Source of the DNA: an uncultured Candidatus Saccharibacteria bacterium
GTDB lineage: Bacteria > Patescibacteriota > Minisyncoccia > Phycocordibacterales > Phycocordibacteraceae
DNA length: 64,000 bases
Assembly: GCA_964360855.1 (NCBI GenBank)
Contig: CAYHXV010000002.1
Span: 97 to 64,096, forward strand
Reading direction: 5' to 3'
The notes below the pieces were generated by a model. That model was not told the DNA's origin. It saw nothing but the letters and a program-made list of their open reading frames with translations, and did no database searches. The first letter of the stretch is position 1. Each line of letters begins with the position of its first letter. Made by a program: the position numbers and the translations under genes. Shown in pieces: positions 9,905 to 16,591 of this stretch.

Positions 9905-9945
9905 CTGACCAGAAAGCAATAACCCCCGGACTTGTGGTCCGGGGG
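9905..9945 (-). terminator. Rho-independent terminator of the minus-strand gene 9963..10787
   Basis: 9-bp GC stem cccccggac-ttgt-gtccggggg followed on the minus strand by ttattgctttct. Confidence 0.6.
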
Positions 9946-9962
9946 CCGCCACCGAAGTGGGC

Positions 9963-10787
9963 TTAGTCGTTGAAAGCGAAACCCTTCAAGATCTTCTTCT
10001 GATCCTTGGTCATGGCCAGACGAAGGAGCCAGCCGCTCTTGATGAGAAGGGCGACGCGAAGATTGAAGAGGAACGTGTCGCGATCCTTCAGTCTGGACTC
10101 GAGGCGCGCAATTGTCGCACTGCGCATATCGAACTTTTCAGCGAGGGCGAAGAGAACCAGTTGCTTCTTCAGATCCTCGATCTGTGCTCTTAGACCTTCG
10201 TCCTTCTTGGCCTGCGCCTTCACGACCTGCGCGGCACGAGCCAGTTGGCGCCGATCGATCTTGCCGCTGATGAAGCGGAACATCGTCATATGGTCGACGA
10301 GGAGGTATTCCACGCCTTCCACCAGATTCACCGGAATTTGAGTGACGAAGACGCGATCCGGGCGGTACTGCACCATGAAACCGAAGTCGCTATCTCCGTA
10401 TCCGCTCCTGATGAACGGATTCACCGGATTGTACTGATGCTCGTATTCCACGATCAGCTTGCCGTCCTTCCAGTAGTAGGGCCAGAAGTTGTAGCTGTCG
10501 GTGTTGACGATCTTGGACTTGAAGATCAGCAGGCCGTTCGTTCCCTTCTTGGGACTGAAGACAAACTGCCGGTAGGTGTGCCCGATCGGCGGGAACATTC
10601 CTTCCGGGCACGTTGACCCGAGGAACTGACCCGAAGTGGTGAGATCGATAGTGGCGACGCCATTAACAGCGTTAATACCAGACATAGTATGTAGACCTTC
10701 CTCTAGCATCGCTAGAAATACGGGAGTGGCCGCATCGCGGGTTCCCTTGGCCAGTTGAATCCTCTCTAGCCCAGTGAGGGGAAACAT
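9963..10787 (-). CDS. Hypothetical protein (274 aa): N-terminal W/Y-rich globular domain plus C-terminal coiled coil; GC3-rich
   Basis: Only uninterrupted frame across the region (plus-strand frames are fragmented); marked G/C third-position bias compared with neighbours; own terminator. Confidence 0.55.
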   Translation of the reverse strand: MFPLTGLERIQLAKGTRDAATPVFLAMLEEGLHTMSGINAVNGVATIDLTTSGQFLGSTCPEGMFPPIGHTYRQFVFSPKKGTNGLLIFKSKIVNTDSYNFWPYYWKDGKLIVEYEHQYNPVNPFIRSGYGDSDFGFMVQYRPDRVFVTQIPVNLVEGVEYLLVDHMTMFRFISGKIDRRQLARAAQVVKAQAKKDEGLRAQIEDLKKQLVLFALAEKFDMRSATIARLESRLKDRDTFLFNLRVALLIKSGWLLRLAMTKDQKKILKGFAFND

Positions 10788-10824
10788 CGTTTCCGAATAT
10801 ATAATACACTCATGTGTAAGAAAG

Positions 10825-12042
10825 TCAAGATTGGTTCATGTCCCAAATCCGGCTAGCCACGTTCCGGGGCTCCCCCTCAAACGGAAGGTGGTGATTATCA
10901 AAAAATGGCATGCTGTTGCACTCCAGAATTCCACACCGTTCCTGCTCTTTCCACGAACGAGAAATGTCCTCGATTATGAAATCTATACCTACAATCGTTG
11001 CTCCAAGTACCCGAGCGGTTTCTTCAAAGAGGGTGATGTTGTCCGGATGTACTTCATCCGTTACGTCACAGGTAGTGCCCCCTACACTCCAGTTAATTTT
11101 CTGATGGAGAATTGCTCGTACACCAATTGGAAGCACACTTTCACGGGTGAGCTTCTGCCAAGCCAGCTCCTGGTCTGCCGCTTCATCAAGCTTGATGTGG
11201 TGGAAGTATGGTCCCTGGCGTTTTGGGTGCGTGTTCGCTTCTGCTACAAGCTCCGTTATGGTGCGCTTCCCGTCTCCCACGACATACGGCTGATCCCTGC
11301 GAAGTGCTGCGACAAACACTCCCGCCACCACCGTTGCGCGATAGACTGGACCCGTGAGTTCCTCTTCAATAACCGCTCTCGGGGCAACTTGAGTCGCCAC
11401 GCGAAACGCGTGGGTGAGTTCTGCCTCGTTCATAATATGGAGGATAGTGTGCCTCGACCCCGACCCTGAATATGGCTTCACAATCACCGGAGGCGTGAGG
11501 GAGCTCATGATCTTTTTCGCTCCAGAGAGTGAGCGAGCTGCACCGCCTCTCGCCACTGGAAGTCCGAGCTTGGTGAACTCCTTTTTAAGGATCTCCTTGT
11601 TATCCATCCACGGTACGCGAGCAGAATCTGCACGCGGGAGTGGAATTCCTTCATAGGCAATGCGCTTTCCGTTTGGAAGACGAGCCATAAATATATTGCG
11701 TGCAAGGCCAAAAAGTCTGAACTCCTCAACCACTATTCCACGCTCTTTGGCCTCGTTCCAAATCATGAGTGCTAGGAGTTGTGTATCCTCGTCTGGTTCT
11801 CGTACTCGCTTCGCCAATCTAAGGAATATGAAAAGCTCCAGTATGGGTACTACGATGGTGCGCTCGATAAGCATACGGAGATTGTTTGAAGCTCGGGGAG
11901 CTTTGGCAATGCCACCCTGTGGCGCACCAAAGAGACCGGCCACGAATTCGTCTATGAGGATAGAGGTATAGGTAATTCCATGAAAAACCGGGCCATCTCC
12001 GCATTCTTTGCAGGGGGCAGGAGTGGGGAGGGTGAAGGGCAT
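10825..12042 (-). CDS. ATP-grasp family ligase (RimK/cyanophycin-synthetase-like); start uncertain (12042, 11874 or 11766)
   Basis: VIVKPYSGSGSRH ATP-grasp P-loop-like segment, C-terminal GIDFIIED...ECNSMPFFDNHHLPFEGEPRNVASRI; the ORF-track N-terminus overlaps tRNA-Ser so it cannot be coding. Confidence 0.65.
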   Translation of the reverse strand: MPFTLPTPAPCKECGDGPVFHGITYTSILIDEFVAGLFGAPQGGIAKAPRASNNLRMLIERTIVVPILELFIFLRLAKRVREPDEDTQLLALMIWNEAKERGIVVEEFRLFGLARNIFMARLPNGKRIAYEGIPLPRADSARVPWMDNKEILKKEFTKLGLPVARGGAARSLSGAKKIMSSLTPPVIVKPYSGSGSRHTILHIMNEAELTHAFRVATQVAPRAVIEEELTGPVYRATVVAGVFVAALRRDQPYVVGDGKRTITELVAEANTHPKRQGPYFHHIKLDEAADQELAWQKLTRESVLPIGVRAILHQKINWSVGGTTCDVTDEVHPDNITLFEETARVLGATIVGIDFIIEDISRSWKEQERCGILECNSMPFFDNHHLPFEGEPRNVASRIWDMNQS

Positions 12043-12065
12043 ATTCTGACAGTATACCAATGGTG

Positions 12066-12152
12066 CGGAGGAGGTGGGATTCGAACCCACGGTCCCGTTT
12101 CCAGGACGCCACATTTCGAGTGTGGTACTTTCGACCACTCAGCCACTCCTCC
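12066..12152 (-). tRNA. tRNA-Ser (anticodon CGA), type II with long variable arm
   Basis: GGAGGAG acceptor, 3-bp D stem, anticodon loop CTCGAAA, 17-nt variable arm, GGTTCGAATCC T-loop. Confidence 0.85.
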
Positions 12153-12212
12153 CGATGTGCTTTGCTAGCCTAGCATTTCTGCTCATAAAAATGTAGGATG
12201 CTCAGTGTAGAC

Positions 12213-12284
12213 GGCCCCATCGTCTAATGGTTAGGACGACGGCTTTTCAAGCCGTTAACCCGGGTTCGACTCCCGGTGGGGTCA
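12213..12284 (+). tRNA. tRNA-Glu (anticodon TTC)
   Basis: GGCCCCA/TGGGGTC acceptor, anticodon loop TTTTCAA, GGTTCGACTCC T-loop. Confidence 0.8.
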
Positions 12285-12358
12285 CACAGATTTTGTGCTT
12301 GTTTTAAGCTACACCACAGGGGTACCCAAATAGTCAGTGGAACCTGTATAATAGAGAC

Positions 12359-12724
12359 ATGAAAATCCTAGTCGCACACGCCAGCAATTACGATTATCAG
12401 ACCGAGTTGTACGAGCCTCTAAAGCAATCAGGACTTGCCCAAGAGCATACAATCATCTTCCCGCATGATGAGGAGAATGCAGAGATCGAGACCAATTCGG
12501 TCATCCCAGAAGCAGGCCTTCTCATTGCTGAAGTCTCCCATCCTTCCACAGGTGCTGGTATAGAAATAGGCCTCGCGCAAGCCGCGGGCGTTCCCACCAT
12601 TTTCCTCTGTAAGGCAGGCACTACTCCTTCCTCGGCACTCAAGTTCATTAAGGGTACTCTCATCGAATATACTGACGCCGCTGATCTTGTTGCAAAGGTG
12701 CAAGGATATCTAACCTCGAGCTAA
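12359..12724 (+). CDS. Nucleoside 2-deoxyribosyltransferase-like (Rossmann/SLOG-like) small protein
   Basis: 121 aa, MKIL..A...Y glycine-rich PSTGAGIEIGLAQAAGVPTIFL pattern; TATAAT 12 nt upstream of the ATG (near-leaderless). Confidence 0.4.
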   Translation: MKILVAHASNYDYQTELYEPLKQSGLAQEHTIIFPHDEENAEIETNSVIPEAGLLIAEVSHPSTGAGIEIGLAQAAGVPTIFLCKAGTTPSSALKFIKGTLIEYTDAADLVAKVQGYLTSS

Positions 12725-12809
12725 TTCCTTCTCTAAGGAGCGGCCGAATACGAGCCAGCTATTAAGCTCTGAAACCAGAGGGTTCCAATTACAACTAATT
12801 TGGGTCACA

Positions 12810-13241
12810 TTAGTTTGTTTTTCCAAACTGCCGCTCGTGCGCAGCATACCTGCGACGAAGTGCTCCCTCATCTCCGTATTCCACGAAGTCCTTCTCGTGT
12901 TCTGCAGGCACATACCCGCGTGTCTCGAGGTGCTCGATGGGACAGAAGTAGCCTTCCGTCTTCCCCGCGATAACGGAAGCGTAATGAAACCAACCATTAA
13001 CGTAGCCACAGTACCCACACCACAGTCTCTCCATAAGGGACAGGTACGGGAGCTTCTCCCGGTCCACAATACGGATATAGCGAGAACGCTGTACATACTT
13101 CATGCCATACAGCGGAAAGCAGATTCGGTGATATACCTCAACACACAAGTCTGCAAAGAGGATGGGCACAAGCATTCCTAGAATAAAGGGCGTGGAGAGG
13201 GCGTGTCTCAAGAACCGAAAGTGGAGTTTCTGGGTAGTCAT
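12810..13241 (-). CDS. Hypothetical Cys/His-rich protein with one TM segment (143 aa)
   Basis: Long ORF; CGYCGY and C..H motifs; no family recognised. Confidence 0.4.
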   Translation of the reverse strand: MTTQKLHFRFLRHALSTPFILGMLVPILFADLCVEVYHRICFPLYGMKYVQRSRYIRIVDREKLPYLSLMERLWCGYCGYVNGWFHYASVIAGKTEGYFCPIEHLETRGYVPAEHEKDFVEYGDEGALRRRYAAHERQFGKTN

Positions 13242-13266
13242 GGGTGCAGTCTACGCTGTATTTCCT

Positions 13267-13902
13267 CTATAGACCAAGTTCCTCGCGAGACAGCGCTCCT
13301 TCCCGAAGGATGACCGGTGTCTCAGTAACGCACGACACAATAGTTGAGGGTGTTCCCTTACTTCTCTCTCCGTCGTCTATTACCAGTGAAATGGCAGAAG
13401 CAGACTCTCCAAACTGAGCAAGAATGTCTTGCACAGAACCTGCGGGAGGCAGTGTAGAAATGTTGGCGCTCGTAGACGTATAGGCTCCTTTGAATTGTCT
13501 GGCGAGCGTTACACAAAAAGCATCACTTGGGACACGAACACCAACCGTTCCATCGTCTCGTATAACTCCTTCTAGTACTCGCTCTGTTGCGGGAAGTACC
13601 AAGGTAAGAGGACCAGGCAGAAATCGCTTTGCTAGTGCGTGCGCAGTAGTGTTCATTACTCCATAGTGTTCTATTTCCGCTGAAGACCCAACAGCAATGA
13701 GTGCCGTCTTATGCAGATCACGATTCTTTAGATGGTAGAGACCCCTCAATGCTTGGGTGTTTGTAGCGTTCACTCCAAGTCCGTACACCGTCTCCGTTGG
13801 ATAGAGGACAATCCCTCCTTCAGAAAGTACCCATGCAGCCTCCTGCGCGGCGTGCTCTAGGCCAACTTCTCCGATACGTACTATCTTCATTTCTTGAATC
13901 AA
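13267..13902 (-). CDS. tsaC: L-threonylcarbamoyladenylate synthase (YrdC/Sua5 domain)
   Basis: LYPTETVYGLG signature, about 205 aa. Confidence 0.85.
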   Translation of the reverse strand: MIQEMKIVRIGEVGLEHAAQEAAWVLSEGGIVLYPTETVYGLGVNATNTQALRGLYHLKNRDLHKTALIAVGSSAEIEHYGVMNTTAHALAKRFLPGPLTLVLPATERVLEGVIRDDGTVGVRVPSDAFCVTLARQFKGAYTSTSANISTLPPAGSVQDILAQFGESASAISLVIDDGERSKGTPSTIVSCVTETPVILREGALSREELGL

Positions 13903-13934
13903 AGCATCAAACGCGCTATTGTGCGAGGGTTCAT

Positions 13935-14008
13935 GCGCGCTTAGCTCAGTTGGTTAGAGCGTTCCCTTGACGTGGGAAAGGTCGGGGATTCGAATTCCTC
14001 AGCGCGCA
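13935..14008 (+). tRNA. tRNA-Val (anticodon GAC)
   Basis: GCGCGCT acceptor, GCTCAGTTGGTTAGAGC D-arm, anticodon loop TTGACGT, GGATTCGAATTCC T-loop. Confidence 0.85.
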
Positions 14009-14076
14009 CAAAGTGCATAACACAAAGAAAGGCAGATTCTGATGCTAGCATCTAGGGTGGATACGGAGGACTAATC

Positions 14077-14202
14077 ATGCCTGGTAGCATTCCATCGTGG
14101 TTAGGTGTTGGCCTGCCACTCGCACTCATAGTGACTCTCTGTTTCGTGCTGCCTGCTCGGCATCTCTTCACGAAATCAGACCATCACCGTGATCCCTCAT
14201 AA
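14077..14202 (+). CDS. Small single-TM peptide (41 aa, MPGSIPSWLGVGLPLALIVTLCFVLPARHLFTKSDHHRDPS), unannotated
   Basis: Consensus SD GGAGGA 6 nt upstream of the ATG; hydrophobic helix plus charged tail; 8-bp hairpin overlapping the stop. Confidence 0.45.
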   Translation: MPGSIPSWLGVGLPLALIVTLCFVLPARHLFTKSDHHRDPS

Positions 14203-14261
14203 GGGGTCACGGTGCTGTTGTATAACTCGCCGAACTCTCTCAAACGCGCTACACTCGCCCT

Positions 14262-15113
14262 ATGGAACGCACCGTTATTCTCTATCATGGGAGTTGCCCG
14301 GACGGCTTTGGAGCCGCGTACGCTGCCTGGAAGAAGTTTGGGGACTCTGCCGAGTATATCCCGCTGCATCGTGGCGATGAGCTCCCTCAGGGGCTTGAGG
14401 GAGCTCATCTCTATTTCGTAGATTTCACATACGAACAGGAGGGCATGGATCACTTTGTATCTATCGCAAAGTCCGTGACCGTTCTCGACCACCACATCGG
14501 TATGAAGGAGGTGGTGGAGCGCATGCCCGAGCATGTGTTTGATAACGACAAATCAGGAGCCTCTATTGCTTGGAGTTACTTCCATCCTGATGCCCCACTT
14601 CCGACTCTTCTGGCGCATATTGAGGATGACGATATATATCGCTATGCTCTTCCCGATACTCGTGCAGTTCTCTCCTATGTGAGTGTTCACCCGTTCACCT
14701 TTGAATCATGGGACGAGCTTGCGGGTATGCTTGAAAATCCAGAAACCCGAGAGGCGTTTCTCATTAAGGCGCGCGCATATGCAGAATACTTTGAGCTACT
14801 CGCTAAGTCCGCAGCAGATAAAGCAAATCTGGTGGAGTTCGAGGGATACCGCTGTATGTTTGCAAATGCGCACCCCAGCAAACCTATGAAATCATACGTT
14901 GGGAACATTCTTGCTAAGGAACATGGACCCATTGCTCTGGTGGTGTCTGCACACCCGAAGGGGTTTGGGGTCTCTATTCGCGGAGATGGTAGCGTGAACG
15001 TGGCGCAGATTGCGGAGAAGTATGGAGGGAACGGGCACCATGATTCTGCAGGGTTCCTGATTCCGGTGGACGGAGCGATGCCGTGGGTACTTATTGAAGA
15101 TGAAGCTGCATAA
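14262..15113 (+). CDS. DHH-family phosphoesterase (NrnA-like oligoribonuclease/pAp phosphatase)
   Basis: DHH motif (VLDHHIG), DHHA1-type GGGH (GGNGHHDSAG) near the C-terminus. Confidence 0.75.
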   Translation: MERTVILYHGSCPDGFGAAYAAWKKFGDSAEYIPLHRGDELPQGLEGAHLYFVDFTYEQEGMDHFVSIAKSVTVLDHHIGMKEVVERMPEHVFDNDKSGASIAWSYFHPDAPLPTLLAHIEDDDIYRYALPDTRAVLSYVSVHPFTFESWDELAGMLENPETREAFLIKARAYAEYFELLAKSAADKANLVEFEGYRCMFANAHPSKPMKSYVGNILAKEHGPIALVVSAHPKGFGVSIRGDGSVNVAQIAEKYGGNGHHDSAGFLIPVDGAMPWVLIEDEAA

Positions 15114-15130
15114 GTATTAATGTATTTCGT

Positions 15131-15385
15131 ATGAAACTATTTGAAATGAGCAGAGAAAGAGACGTGGGCGGAGAACAAAGTGACGGAGGACACTCTGGCA
15201 CCGGAAAAGTTCTTGAGGGTGTCGTGTTTTCTGATGGAACTACGGTTGTGCGCTGGGCAGTAGCAAACCAAAGTAACAGCACTGCAGTTTGGGATTCGTA
15301 TGAGGCGTTTGCTCATTTTCATGTAGACAAGCGTCCAGAGAACGGAACACGGATACAGTGGATTCATGAAGATTCTAGCAATTGA
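15131..15385 (+). CDS. Hypothetical small protein (84 aa)
   Basis: ORF overlapping the tsaD start by 20 nt; no SD; uncertain. Confidence 0.3.
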   Translation: MKLFEMSRERDVGGEQSDGGHSGTGKVLEGVVFSDGTTVVRWAVANQSNSTAVWDSYEAFAHFHVDKRPENGTRIQWIHEDSSN

Positions 15386-16550
15386 GACCAGCTGCGACGA
15401 AACCGCAGTTGCCATACTTGAATGTTCCGGTGATCAGACTGGTGCCGAGTTCAAGGTGCTTGGCAACGCCCTTATCTCCCAGATAGATCTGCACCGGGCG
15501 TATGGTGGCGTGTATCCGGCACTTGCGAAGCGCGAACATGCCAAGAATCTGGTTCCACTTCTTTCAAGTGCACTTGAGGAAGCCGAGATGCTGCACGAAG
15601 ATTTGCAAACACTCTCACCCGAATTGCACGAGGAACTCACCGTATTGCTGGCTCGTGAGCCAGGTCTCTCTGATGCCTTTTTTGCATTTCTCTCTGAATG
15701 CGAGAAACCGGATATTGATGCAATTGCGGTAACGGCAGGTCCGGGACTTGAGCCGGCACTCTGGGTGGGAGTTAACTTTGCTAAGGCATTAGCACATGTG
15801 TGGAGTGTGCCCCTCGTTGCAGTGGACCACATGGAGGGACACATTCTCTCGTCTCTACTCACGAGTGTAGACGACCGTGTATACACACTTCCGAAACCAA
15901 AGCTTCCCCTTCTGGCTCTTCTTATTTCTGGGGGACACACCGAACTGGTACACATGAAAGATTGGCTCTCCTACTCACTGATTGGCCGCACCCGAGATGA
16001 CGCTGTTGGTGAAGCGTTTGATAAAGTGGCGCGCATGCTTGAGCTTCCCTATCCGGGAGGACCAGAAGTCTCTCGCCTTGCTGAACGAAACCGAGAAGAC
16101 ACCGACACAAACCCTTTCACTCTGCCGCGCCCCATGCTGCACGATCCGCATTGTGATTTTTCGTTTTCAGGACTCAAGACGGCGGTACTGTACTTAACGA
16201 AAGACAAAAATAGGACAGATGTGGAGAAGGAACAGCTGGCGCGCGCTTTCGAAGACGCGGTGGGCGATGTTTTGTATTCAAAATCTTTGCGCGCCATAGA
16301 CGAAACAGCAGTAAGTACCTTTACCATTGGTGGCGGGGTATCAGCAAACACGCACGTGCGACGAGTGTTCACCGAGCGACTTGGAAAAGATGCACCACAA
16401 GTAAAGCTCTGCATTCCTTCAGCTGCACTAACTGGAGACAACGCCATCATGATAGGGGTGGCGGGGTACTTCCATGCACTGCGGGAGGAGTTTGAAGATC
16501 CAGAGACACTGGTGGCTAACGGAAACCTGTCCCTGTCTGAGCCTTCTTAG
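15366..16550 (+). CDS. tsaD: tRNA N6-adenosine threonylcarbamoyltransferase TsaD (Kae1/Gcp family) with about 35-aa insertion
   Basis: MKILAIETSCDET N-terminus, HMEGH metal-binding motif, SGGV..N C-terminal motif. Confidence 0.9.
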   Translation: MKILAIETSCDETAVAILECSGDQTGAEFKVLGNALISQIDLHRAYGGVYPALAKREHAKNLVPLLSSALEEAEMLHEDLQTLSPELHEELTVLLAREPGLSDAFFAFLSECEKPDIDAIAVTAGPGLEPALWVGVNFAKALAHVWSVPLVAVDHMEGHILSSLLTSVDDRVYTLPKPKLPLLALLISGGHTELVHMKDWLSYSLIGRTRDDAVGEAFDKVARMLELPYPGGPEVSRLAERNREDTDTNPFTLPRPMLHDPHCDFSFSGLKTAVLYLTKDKNRTDVEKEQLARAFEDAVGDVLYSKSLRAIDETAVSTFTIGGGVSANTHVRRVFTERLGKDAPQVKLCIPSAALTGDNAIMIGVAGYFHALREEFEDPETLVANGNLSLSEPS

Positions 16551-16591
16551 GGCGCGCCAAAAGGCGCTTGTTTTGCTATATTTGGAACATA

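Noticed and set aside
9670-9966. 98-aa plus-strand ORF after the trxB terminator
   Set aside because: It starts inside the terminator; the poly-A/S/G translation has no protein-like features and is antisense to the small acidic ORF and terminator region.
15131-15385. Alternative reading of the tsaC/nrnA region as containing further small genes (for example 14189..14380 and 14212..14421 plus ORFs)
   Set aside because: They overlap the better-supported SD-driven 41-aa peptide and the DHH gene start; the translations are Arg/Ser/Leu-rich without features.
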